From NCBI RefSeq assembly GCF_006345805.1, contig NW_021833504.1:1-28653 (forward strand): 28,653 bases of DNA. The letters run 5' to 3'. A model generated the notes under the pieces. It was not told the DNA's origin and ran no database searches. It was given only the letters and a program-made list of their open reading frames with translations. Shown here piece after piece: positions 1 to 10,549 of this stretch. The position numbers were made by a program, and so were the translations under genes. The stretch is from Octopus sinensis (lineage: Eukaryota). Numbering within the stretch: position 1 is the first letter of the stretch; the number at the start of each line of letters is the position of its first letter.

Positions 1-519
1 AAGGCGGTGATCCAGCATGGCCACAGTCAAATGACCGAAACAAGTATAATAGTATATATATATATATATATTATATATATATATATATACACGACAGGCT
101 TCTTGCAGTTTTCCCCTCTCAATCCACTCACAAGGCTTTGGTCGGCCCGAGGCTAGAGAAGAAGACACTTACCCAAGGAACCACGCAGTGGGACAGAACC
201 CGGAACCACGTGGTCCTGGGGGTCGATTCCTCGACTAAAGGCGGTGCTCCAGCATGGCTATAGTCAAATGACCGAAACAAGTAAATAGTATATATATATA
301 CACACGACAGGCTTCTTGCAGTTTCCCTCTCTGAAATCCATTCACAAGGCTTTGGTCGGCCCGAGGCTATAGAAGAAGACACTTACTCAAGGAACCACGC
401 AGTGGAACTGAACTCGGAACCATGTGATACTGGGGGGTCGATTCCTACTAAAGGCGGTGCTCCAGCATGGCCACCACAGTCAAATGACTGAAACAAGTAC
501 AAGAGTAAAAGAGTATAAT
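1..519. mobile_element. Tandem (~215-237 bp period) of a rearranged SINE-A unit: 3' tail (+), (TA)n, 5' half (-)
   Basis: The tail motif AAGGCGGTG.TCCAGCATGGC...GTCAAATGAC.GAAACAAGT starts at 1, 238 and 451. Reverse-strand head/core (CACAAGGCTTTGGTCGGCCCGAGGCTA...CACGCAGTGG.AC.GAAC.CGGAACCA) occupies ~90-212 and ~303-426. Confidence 0.85.
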
Positions 520-784
520 ACAATGTAGAATAAAGGATGCGGTGGCGGAGGAGGAGGAAGGGAAAAGTACAACGACAGAGAATTCTAATAGAATAAAGGC
601 GAAGTAAATCTAATTATGACGAGTATCGTAATTATCATTATTATTATTTGTCGTTACAATAATTGAAATCTTAATAAAGTTGACCAACAACAATAAATAT
701 CAAAATATATAACGACAAAGACTTTGCAAATAAACACGAGGGAAACAACGTCAACATGGCTGCCACTAGTGCCGCTACTACAAC

Positions 785-831
785 AAATAACAGTAATTAA
801 TTATGAAAATTACAACAATAACTACAACAAC

Positions 832-865
<34 letters not shown>

Positions 866-1004
866 GTGATGATGTTGAATAATGATGTCAATGATAGATA
901 ATGATAAATACGATTGATGATGATAATGGAAAATAATAACAGTAAAAATGACAATAACAATAATAAAATAATAATAATAATACGATAATAATATGATAAT
1001 AATA

Positions 1005-1037
<33 letters not shown>

Positions 1038-1284
1038 TAATAATAATAATACTAATGATAATAATAATAATGATGATAATAATAATGATGATAATAATAA
1101 TAATGATCATAATAATAATGTAATAATAATAATAATAATAAGATAATGATAATATAATAATAATAATAATAATAATAATATAATGATAATAATGATAACA
1201 ATAATAATAATAATAATGATAATAATAATGCATAATAATAATAATGAAGATAATAATAAGATAATGATAATAATAATAATAATG

Positions 1285-1330
<46 letters not shown>

Positions 1331-1975
1331 TAATATAATAATAATGATGATAATAATTAATATAATAATAATAGGGATGATGATAAGATATAATAATGAT
1401 AAAAATCATGATTTCTAATATGTAATGAGTTTCTTTAGAAATAATAGTAGAATGATAGTAGTAGTAATACGTAAGTAGTAGTAATAGTGATAAAGTAATG
1501 ATATAATAGTAATGATGAGATGAGTAATTATTATGTTGATGGGGATGAAGAGTGATGAACATGACTAAAAATCATGTACTTTTAGTTCTGTTTATTAGTA
1601 GTAGGAGTAGTATTAGTAGTAGTATATAATAGTAGTAGTATTATAAAAAGGATGCTAAAAATAACAATATAAAATCTACTAAAACATTAATAATAATAAT
1701 AATAATAATGACAATAATAATAATTATAATAATAATAATGATAATAATAATAATAATATAATAATAATAATAATAATAATATATATATAATAATAATAAT
1801 AATGACAATAATAATAATTATAATAATAATAATGATAATAATAATAATAATAATAATAACAATAATAATATAATAATAATTATAATAATAATAATAATGA
1901 CAATAATAATAATTTTAATAATAATAATAATGATAATAATAATAATAATAATAATAATTATAATAATGATGATTA
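785..1975. repeat. Compound (AAT)n/(GAT)n/(AGT)n microsatellite region
   Basis: Near-continuous AAT repeats with GAT/AGT variants, directly visible. Confidence 0.95.
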
Positions 1976-2454
1976 TTATTACTATTATACGAAGAAGAAG
2001 AAGAATGAAAAAAAGGAAATGAAATGTAAAGCACAAAGAAAAGAACAAACAAAAGTACAACAACAAGAAAAAAAAAATAAAGAAAAGGAAGATGGAAAAA
2101 AAAAGGAAGAAAAAATGTGAACTGGGAAAAACAACAAAGAAAAAGAAACGAATGCGAATGCAACGGCAAACATGCAAATCAACACACTTGCCCGTCAGAC
2201 AATGGCCGATATGATGCGCTCACGCTGATACTAGTTAGTGTATGTCTGCCCGGGGCTGTATAAGGGTTTGTGATAGGACGGGGGTGAGGCCGGTGTAGGG
2301 TGGGCGGGAGGAGAGAGTTGCAGTAGGTGTAGGAGTGGTAGTGGTGGTGGCGGTGGTGGTGGTAGTGGTGGTGGTGGTAGTAGTAGTATTGGTGGTGGTG
2401 GTGGTGGACGTGAGTTGGTGTTCAGTTGAACTTGAAAAAAACTATAACTGAACC

Positions 2455-2478
2455 ATATATAATATATATATGTATGTA

Positions 2479-2517
<39 letters not shown>

Positions 2518-2700
2518 GTAATATATATATATATAATATATATATATTATATATATACATATATATATATATATGTATATATATAATAGTGTGTATATAC
2601 CGATTCATATGTATATGTGCATACTTGTATATGATCATATACCCAGATTTTAGAAATGTGTGTGTTTATGTATATATACGTGGGTGTGTATATATATATG

Positions 2701-2733
<33 letters not shown>

Positions 2734-2734
2734 C

Positions 2735-2766
<32 letters not shown>

Positions 2767-2799
2767 GTATATGTATATACATATATATACATGTATGTG

Positions 2800-2841
<42 letters not shown>

Positions 2842-3017
2842 TAGGTATAGATATGTAACAACACGCAGCACGTACACGGCACGTGCTTAAACACACCCAC
2901 ACACAAACACATATACATGTATAGATGTACGTGCATATAGATGTATATATATATATATCCGTCAGTATATATATACATACATTCACAGACAAGTACATAC
3001 GTGCGTAGTTATGTATG

Positions 3018-3051
<34 letters not shown>

Positions 3052-3112
3052 TGTATGTATGTATGTATGTATGTATATGTGATGTACGCGTGCGTTTTTT
3101 GTGTATAGGGTA

Positions 3113-3147
<35 letters not shown>
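2455..3147. repeat. Compound (TA)n/(TATG)n/(TG)n microsatellites
   Basis: Directly visible di- and tetranucleotide runs. Confidence 0.95.
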
Positions 3148-3148
<1 letters not shown>

Positions 3149-3360
3149 GCGAGTCGTGCTCTTGTTTGCGCGTGCGCGTGGAGTATGAACGGCAGCGTTG
3201 TAATGGCTAAATGAGTCGTGGGTCACGTGACCGAATTCAAAAGAGAAGTCTGCGCGTAAAGAGTGGAGTTTGGGGCGGCGGGAGTAGGAGAGGGGAGAGG
3301 CGGAGCATGATGCAGAAAGGCATAACATGTCCTCCTACGGCTAGCAACACAGGGCATGCG
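3147..3360. promoter_or_regulatory. Candidate CpG-rich regulatory island (NRF1-like, palindromic E-box, GC box)
   Basis: GCGCGTGCGC 3168-3177; GGTCACGTGACC 3221-3232; GGGGCGG 3272-3278. Motif matches only. Confidence 0.3.
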
Positions 3361-3369
3361 TCATTCAGT

Positions 3370-3373
3370 GATG

Positions 3374-3408
<35 letters not shown>

Positions 3409-3532
3409 GGTGGTGGTGGCGGTGGTGGTGGTAGTGGTGGTAATAGCTGAGTTAGTGGTTGTAGTAGTAGGAATAGTGGTAGTAGCGGTGATAGCAGAAG
3501 TAGTAATTGTAGTGGTTGTGGTAGTGGTAGTG

Positions 3533-3574
<42 letters not shown>

Positions 3575-3793
3575 ATGGTGTTTGTTGTAGCAGCAGAGGT
3601 GGAGGTGGTGCTGTGGTAGTAGTAGAAGTAGTAGTTGTGGTAGTAGTAATTGTAGTAGTTGTAGTGATAGATGTTGTAGTAGTAGTAGTAGTAGTAATAG
3701 TAGTAGTAGTAGTAGTAGTATAGTAGTGGTAGTAGTAGTAGTAGTGATATATGTAGTAGTAGTAGTAGTAGTAGAGTAGTAGTAGTAGTAGTA
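3370..3793. repeat. (AGT)n/(GGT)n microsatellite
   Basis: Directly visible. Confidence 0.95.
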
Positions 3794-3806
3794 GCCCTAT
3801 ATACTT

Positions 3807-4010
3807 TAGGCACAAGGGGCCTGATATTTGCTAGGGAACGGATAGTCGATGGCACAGACCTCGGTGCAAAAATGACAATATTTTTCGATCCTGAAAGGGC
3901 TGAGGAAAAGCGAAGTCAACCTCGACGGAATTTGGGCTCAGAACGCAAAGACAAACAAAACACTGATAGCATTTTGCCCGGTCGAGTAACGATTCTGTCC
4001 GATCGCCGCC
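3807..4010 (-). mobile_element. SINE-B (tRNA-derived, Nin-like core), diverged copy
   Basis: Aligns by eye with 10201-10400 (TAGGCACAAGG...GTC.ACCTCG.CGGAATT...CTCAGAACG). On the minus strand it begins GGCGGCGATCGGACAGAATCGTTA. Confidence 0.75.
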
Positions 4011-4122
4011 TTAATAATAATAACAATACCTTGAAAGAACCAACGATTGGATGCTAAAACTTCTTGAAAAACATGAAAGACCGAAAAAACTTCACTCTAT
4101 TCTGAAAGAGAGCAAAAAGATC

Positions 4123-4259
4123 GTTTCCGTCTACCAAATCCACTCACAAGGCATTGGTCGGCCCGAGGCTATAGTAGAAGACACTTGCCCAAGGTGCCAC
4201 GCAGTGGGACTGAACCCGGAACCATGTGGTTGGTAAACAAGCTACTTACCACACAGCCA
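4123..4259 (-). mobile_element. SINE-A 5' half (tRNA-like head plus core)
   Basis: Minus strand TGGCTGTGTGG (A-box-like) ... GGTTCAGTCCC (B-box-like) ... CCTTGGGCAAGTGTCTTC; near-identical to the other copies. Confidence 0.9.
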
Positions 4260-4278
4260 TATATATATATATATATTT

Positions 4279-4440
4279 ATACGACGGGCTTCTTTCGGCT
4301 TCTGTCTACCAAATCCACTCACAAGGCTTTGGTCGGCCCGAGGCTATAGAAGAAGACACTTGCCCAAGGTGCCACGCAGTGGGACTGAACCCGGAACCAT
4401 GTGGTTTGTTAGCAAGCTTCTTACCACACAGCCACTCCTG
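4279..4440 (-). mobile_element. SINE-A 5' half, tandem with the previous copy
   Basis: Same head/core sequence; separated from 4123-4259 only by (AT)n. Confidence 0.9.
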
Positions 4441-4484
4441 TATCTATGTACATTTATTTTATACTCTTATTATTTCGGTTAACG

Positions 4485-5155
4485 ATGGTAGTGATGATGA
4501 TGGTGGTGGTGATGATGGTGGTGGTGGTGATGATGGTGGTGGTAATGATGATGGTGGTGGTGGTGGTGGGTGGTGATGATGGTGGTGGTGATGATGGTGG
4601 TGGTGGTGATGATGGTGGTGGTGGTGGTGATGATGATGATGGTGGTGGTGATGGTGGTGGGGGTGATGATGATGATGGTGGTGATGAAGATGGTGGTGGT
4701 GGTGATGATGGTGGTGGTGGTGATGATGATGATGGTGGTGGTGATGGTGGTGGGGGTGATGATGGTGGTGATGATGATGATGGTGGTGGTGGTGGTGATG
4801 ATGGTGGTGGTGGTGGTGGTAGTGATGATGGTGGTGGTAATGATGATGGTGGTGGTGATGATGGTGGTGGTGGTGATGATGATGATGGTGGTGGTGATGG
4901 TGGTGGTGGTGATGATGGTGGTGATGATGATGATGGTGGTGGTGGTGGTGGTGGTGATGATGGTGGCGGTGGTGGTGGTGGTGGTGATGATGGTGGTAGT
5001 GGTGATGATGGTGGTGGTGGTAATGATGATGGTGGTGGTGGTGGTGGTGATGATGGTGGTGGTAATGATGATGGTGGTAGTGGTGATGATGGTGGTAGTG
5101 GTGATGATGGTGGTAGTGGTGATGATGGTGGTAGTGGTGATGATGGTGGTGGTTG

Positions 5156-5189
<34 letters not shown>

Positions 5190-5560
5190 GGTGGTAATGA
5201 TGATGGTGGTGGTGATGATGGTGGTAGTGGTGATGATGGTGGTGGTGGTGGTGGTGGTGATGATGGTGGTGGTGGTGGTGGTGATGGTGATGATGATGAT
5301 GGTGGTGGTGGTGGTGGTGGTAATGATGATGGTGGTGGTGATGATGGTGGTAGTGGTGATGATGGTGGTGGTGGTGGTGGTGGTGATGATGGTGGTGGTG
5401 GTGGTGATGGTGGTGATGGTGGTGGGTGTGGTGGTGGTGGTGGTGGTGGTGGTGGTGGTGATGATGGTGGTGGTGGTGGTGGTGGTGATGATGGTGGTGG
5501 TGGTGGTGATGATGGTGGTGGTGGTGGTGGTGGTGGTGGTAGTTATGATGGTGCTGGTGT
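4485..5560. repeat. ~1.08-kb (GGT)n/(GAT)n compound microsatellite
   Basis: Almost only GGT and GAT triplets; source of the poly-G/D, poly-H, poly-T/I and poly-V/M ORFs. Confidence 0.95.
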
Positions 5561-5589
5561 GGATGAAGATGGTACTGGTCACAGTGATG

Positions 5590-6098
5590 GATACCTACCA
5601 GATTGATCAGGCTGAAGGAAATGCGCCAACTGCTGCTGCAAAGAAAAGAAACTTGATTGCAAAGACAGAAGCACATGAATATTTAGCAAGCGATAGGAAG
5701 AGAAACCTCTGCATGGCAAGTATGTGGCCCGTAGCAAACAAGCTGATGTCGACCAGAAACACACGCATCAATTGTTACGAAGCTCAAGGCTAAAAGCAGA
5801 GAGTGAAGGTTTCATATTAGCTGCTCAAGACCAATGCTTATGAACCCGGAACTACCAAGCCAATGGAGCTGACCCAAAATGACGATTCTGTAACGATGAG
5901 ATTGAAACTATAGACCACCTAATCTCAGGGTGTAGAGTCTTAGCACCTGTAGAATATAAAGCAAGACATGACAGAGTCGGCCAGTATTTACTCTGGACAA
6001 TATGTCGGCATTATAGAATCAAAACCGCTGAGAAATGGTATAAACACCATCCTGAAGCTGTGACTGAGGGAGAAAATGTGTCGATTCTCTGGGACTTC
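5590..6098 (+). pseudogene. Degenerate R4/Dong-clade non-LTR retrotransposon ORF fragment (post-RT region, CCHC zinc knuckle, start of the RLE region)
   Basis: Frame from 5700 reads EKPLHGKYVAR...LKAESEGFILAAQDQCL*TRNYQ...DPK*RFCNDEIETIDHLISGCRVLAPVEYKARHDRVGQYLLWTICRHY...KWYKHHPEAVTEGENVSILWDF. This matches the LHG / E.EGFI.AAQDQ / CxxC..ET..H..SGC / Y..RH / WY.H.P / ILWDF motifs of R4/Dong ORFs. In-frame TGA at 5841 and 5880 (the latter replaces the first Cys); apparent frameshift near 5695. Confidence 0.85.
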
Positions 6099-6120
6099 TC
6101 GTACATTCCAACAAAACTAT

Positions 6121-6272
6121 AAAAGCTCTCTCCTTATTTTTTCTGTGTATCTTTCTGTAGAAGAGCGTAGGCTCGAAACGTAAAAGACTTTCTCTATTCC
6201 AGAGCGTTATACTAATACATTTGTTTTGTACAACCACCTGCCTTCGTCTTTTGTTTATTTCGTAAACTTGTA
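6121..6272 (+). mobile_element. Penelope-like pLTR fragment (family P1) carrying a minimal hammerhead-like motif
   Basis: Hammerhead-like fold at 6150-6187. The downstream CACCTG(C/T)CTTCGTC(T/G)TTTGTT is shared with 26176-26232 and 27218-27280. Ends in (TA)n. PLE assignment is inferred from the known PLE pLTR-hammerhead association. Confidence 0.6.
6150..6187 (+). ncRNA. Minimal type I hammerhead-like motif with a core deviation (A6->U)
   Basis: Stem I TCTTT(6150-54)/AAAGA(6183-87); core CTGTAGA+A; stem II GAGC-GTAG-GCTC; GAAA; palindromic ACGT stem III; putative GUA site. Confidence 0.55.
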
Positions 6273-6286
6273 AGTATATATATATA

Positions 6287-6327
<41 letters not shown>

Positions 6328-6381
6328 ATATATATATATGTATATATATATTTGGTGTATATATATATATTATATATATAT

Positions 6382-6418
<37 letters not shown>

Positions 6419-6420
6419 TT

Positions 6421-6643
6421 GTGTGTGTGCTTTCCCCGCCATCGCTTGACAATCGATGTTGGTGTTCTGTGTCCCCGAAATCTAGCAGTTCGGCAAAAGA
6501 GCCCGATTGAATAAGTACTAGGCTTACAGACAATAAATCCTGGGGTGTCGATTTCTTCAACTAACACCCTTTCAAGGCGCTGCTCCAGTATGGCCGCAGC
6601 CAAACGACTAAAACAAGCAAAAGAATAAAAAAGTAAAAGAATA
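6421..6643 (+). mobile_element. SINE-A 3' half, diverged
   Basis: CATCGCTTGACAATCGATG...GGCAAAAGA...AATAAGTACTAGGCTTAC...CCTGGGG.GTCGATTT...AAGGCG.TGCTCCAG, ending in an AAAAGA(A/G)TA tail. Confidence 0.8.
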
Positions 6644-6653
6644 CACACACACA

Positions 6654-7644
6654 TCTTTATATATAAAAGTCAAGATGTGTGTCTGTCTCCTACGATTTAG
6701 ATTCCTAACTACTCCCACATTTTGCGGTGCAGTTTAACCAAAACCGGGTATCTTATAGTCGTGGTTCATATCGAGCCCTTCTGGGTATTAGCGCGCGTCT
6801 ACGATGAGTCTACGATTTTAAAAATAATTTACCACCATTTTTTTCCATTTTAATGCATTTTTTTCGCTATTATATAAGGGAAGTAACTCTCTAAAAATGT
6901 CTACGATGAGTCAACGATTTAAAAAAAAATTTACAATAATTTTTTTTCCATTTTGAATGCATTTTTTTTGCTATTTTTTTGCTATAACTCTCTAAAAATG
7001 CTTATATAGTTATTTCCCTTACAAACCCGAGCAACGCCGGGCGATACTGCTAGTTTATTATATTATTGTTGTTGTTTACCATATTTTTTTCCATTTTAAT
7101 GCATTTTTTCGCTATTATATAAGGGAAGTAACTCTTTAAAAATGTCTACGATGAGTCAACGATTTAAAAAAAAATTTACAATAATTTTTTTTCCATTTTT
7201 ACTGCATTTTTTTTGCTATTTTTTGGCTATAACTCTCTAAAAAATGCTTATATAGTTATTTCCCTTACAAACCCGAGCAACGCCGGGCGATACTGCTAGT
7301 TTATTATATTATTGTTGTTGTTTACCATATTTTTTTCCATTTTAATGCATTTTTTCGCTATTATATAAGGGAAGTAACTCTCTAAAAATGTCTACGATGA
7401 GTCAACGATTTAAAAAAAATTTACCATCATTTTTTACCATTTTAATGCATTTTTCGCTATTATATAAGGGAAGTAACTCTCTAAAAATGTCTACGAAGAG
7501 TCAACGATTTAAAAAAAAATTTACAATAATTTTTTTTCCATTTTTACTGCATTTTTTTTGCTATTTTTTGGCTATAACTCTCTAAAAAATGCTTATATAG
7601 TTATTTCCCTTACAAACCCGAGCAACGCCGGGCGATACTGCTGG
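6654..7644 (+). mobile_element. Non-autonomous Helitron with three tandem 3' termini
   Basis: A|TC 5' end at 6653/6654. GC-rich hairpin CCCGAGCAACGCCGGG lies 8 nt before CTAG|T (7050-53), and again before CTAG (7296-99) and CTGG (7641-44). ~100-bp internal subrepeats; no ORF; homologous to 24433-24840. Confidence 0.85.
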
Positions 7645-8052
7645 TTTATTATATTATTGTTGCTGTTGTGAGACGAGTTGTATACTGCATATAATCTGTA
7701 CAATAGTTAATTGGACACACCAGGCTTCGGAAGACGACAAAAGGCGAAAATATTGCTGCTGCTGCTGCTGCTACTACTACTACTACTGCTACTACTATTG
7801 CCGCTGGTTGTATTGGAAACACTGTTGTTATCTTCAATGGTTGTGGCGGAGCTGTTGGTGGTGATGTTTGTTGTATAGGCTGTTGACGTTAGTGGTTGTC
7901 ATGCTGATAATTTATAACAATAAAAGCGATCGCGGTCTTTGCTTTGGTGGCGCACCAAACGATGATGATGATGATGATGATGAAGATGGTAGTTGCTATG
8001 GAGATGGTGGCGCCGGTGGGGGGGGGGATTGCAGCTTCTTTATCTATATACA

Positions 8053-8466
8053 CTTTTACTCTTTTACTTGTTTCAGTCATTTGACTGTGACCATGCTGGA
8101 GCACCGCCTTTAGTCGAGGAAATCGACCCCGGGACTTAATCTTTGTAAGCCCAGTACTTATTCTGTCGGTCTATTTTGCCGAAACGCTAAGTTACGGGGA
8201 GGTAAACACCCCATCATCGGTTGTCAGGCGATATTGAGGAGGGGGGACAAACACAGACGCACAAACATATACACACGTATATATATATATGTATAAATAT
8301 ATACGACAGGCTTCTTTCAGTTTCCGTCTACCAAATCCACTCACAAGGCTTTGGTCGGCCTGAGGCTATAGCAGAAGACACTTGCCCAAGGTGTCACGCA
8401 GTGGGACTGATCCCGGAACCGTGTGGTTGGTAAGCAAGCTACTTACCACACAGCCACTCCTGCGCC
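8053..8466 (-). mobile_element. SINE-A, full-length copy
   Basis: Minus strand: GGCGCAGGAGTGGCTGTGTGG head, B-box-like GGATCAGTCCC, core, internal (TA)/(TG) tract, 3' tail ending GAAACAAGTAAAAGAGTAAAAG. Confidence 0.92.
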
Positions 8467-8506
8467 TATGTTCATTTATTTTATACTCTTATTATTTTCG
8501 GTAAAC

Positions 8507-9120
8507 AAAACCGCCATTTTGAGTCCATTACTCTGAGTGGTAGGGGACATGTTCTCTACGAACCCTTGTACAAATATATGAGGCTGTTTGATAGAGAGCT
8601 GATTGGAAGTGTTATCATGTACATTGTTCTGTCTTGGTATAAAAGATGGCTTACAGCAAATATTCTGCTCAATACCACAGATTTGCTTGTCAGTTGTTTG
8701 ACCTTAACCAGTTGAGCATGTCCCTTAGTGGCTGACGATATGTACATCTCTGGTCACGAGCAGAAGTAGTGGGGGAGCATCATAGCCATGTGTTGAGAGG
8801 GATTCTTTGGGGTTTGAATAATTCACCTCTGGAAACATGGGTGGTTCTTTCAACATCCTTAAACAACCCATATTCAGTGACGTTTTGAGTGGGAGGGGCT
8901 ACCCGACGAGAAGAAAATTCTAACTGGGCCCCACCTGCAAGGTCATGTGCTGTTTATCTTGATATGAGATCACCATGTCGCGCACATATGGTTGTGATGC
9001 CTGGTATACCCTCATCAGCCAGATTGTCATGATAGGTACACTGGGCTTCGTATATTGTACACTAGTGTCATTTTAATGGCTTTCCTGTCTCTCTCAATAA
9101 TAATGATAATAATAATAATA
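8507..9120 (+). mobile_element. Unclassified complex-sequence element ending in an (AAT)n tail; possible 3' end of a non-LTR element
   Basis: Non-coding ~600 bp ending CTCTCTC-AATAATAATGATAATAATAATAATAAT. No second copy in the window; classification rests on the tail only. Confidence 0.35.
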
Positions 9121-9124
9121 ATCG

Positions 9125-9326
9125 TTAGCAGAATCGTTAGCATCCTGGACGAAATGCTTAGCCGTATGTCATCTGCCTTTACGTTCTGAGTTCAAATCCC
9201 GCCGAGGTAGACTTTGCCTTTTATCCTTTCTGGGTCGATAAATTAAGTACCAGTTGTATACTGAGATCAATGTAATCGACTGGCCATTCTCTCATAATTT
9301 CGGGCCTTGTGGCAAGAGTAGAAAAG
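9125..9326 (+). mobile_element. SINE-B (tRNA-derived, Nin-like core)
   Basis: TAGCAGAATCGTTAG (A-box-like), GAGTTCAAATCCC (B-box-like), core GTAGACTTTGCCTTTTATCCTTTCTGGGTCGATAAATTAAGTACCAG resembling the Nin domain; runs into (ATT)n. Confidence 0.8.
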
Positions 9327-9345
9327 ATTATTATTATTATTATTA

Positions 9346-9403
<58 letters not shown>

Positions 9404-9597
9404 CATCATCATCATCATCATCATCATCATTATTATCATTATCATTATTATTACTATTATTATTATCATTATTATTATCATTATTATTATTATTACTATT
9501 ATTATTATTATTATTATCATTATTATCATTATCATCATCATCATTATTATATTATTATTATTATTATTATTATATTATTATTATTATTATTATTATT

Positions 9598-9628
<31 letters not shown>

Positions 9629-10065
9629 TATCATCATCATCATCATCATCATCATTATTATCATTATCATTATTATTACTATTATTATTATCATTATTAT
9701 TATCATTATTATTATTATTACTATTATTATTATTATTATTATCATTATTATCATAATCATCATCATCATATTATTATTATTATTATTATATTATTATCAT
9801 TATATTATTATTATTATTATTATTATTATCATTATTATTATTGATTATTATTATTATCATCATCATCATCATCATCATTATTATCATTATCATTATCATT
9901 ATTATTACTATTATTATTATTATTATTATCATCATCATCATCATCATTATTATCATTACCATTATCACTATTATTACTATTATTATTATTATTTTTATCA
10001 TTATTATCATAATCATCATCATCATTATTATTATTATATTATTATTATTATTATTATTAACATTA

Positions 10066-10111
<46 letters not shown>

Positions 10112-10200
10112 CATTATTATTATTATTATTATCATCATCATCATCATCATCATCATCGTCATCATCATCGTCATCATTATTATTATTATTATTATTATTA
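9327..10200. repeat. (ATT)n/(ATC)n microsatellite with an internal 225-bp block duplication
   Basis: Directly visible. Diagnostic ACT interruptions at 9454 and 9496 recur at 9679 and 9721. Confidence 0.95.
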
Positions 10201-10400
10201 TAGGCACAAGGGCTGAAATTCGAGGCGGGGGAGGGACTGCTCGATGACATCGACCCCGGTACTCAACTGGTACATAATTTTTCGACCCCACCGAAAGGAT
10301 AAAAAGTAAAGTCGACCTCGGTGGAATTCGAACTCAGAACGTAAAAACAGATGAAGTATTGCTAAGCATTTCGCCCAGCGTGCTAACCATTCTGCCAACG
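10201..10400 (-). mobile_element. SINE-B
   Basis: Minus strand TTGGCAGAATGGTTAGC...GAGTTCGAATTCC...GTCGACTTTACTTTTTATCCTTTCGG; inverted relative to 9125-9326. Confidence 0.8.
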
Positions 10401-10549
10401 ACCAGAACCAAAGCAAGAGGTAACAGTTGCAAAGACGGGGGTCAAAAGGGAATCGATTTTTACGCGTTTCCATGACGGAGGCGTTATAAATAATGGTTGA
10501 TTAAGTAGGATTATGGGGTCGGGGGGTTTTGGTGAGGGAGGGGGGATAA

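Noticed and set aside
4051-4576. Recurrent peptide YQIHSQG.GRPEAI.EDTCPRCHAVGLNPEP with a CxxC motif (also at 8221, 12202, 22990)
   Set aside because: It is the antisense translation of the SINE-A core, not a protein family.
4446-5793. Long Gly/Asp-, His-, Thr- and Val/Met-rich ORFs (367-407 aa) resembling structural proteins
   Set aside because: Open in several frames on both strands with almost no synonymous codon variation; this is a (GGT/GAT)n microsatellite.
8380-8466. tRNA gene in SINE-A/SINE-B heads
   Set aside because: A/B-box-like motifs are present, but I could build no complete cloverleaf and each continues into a SINE body.
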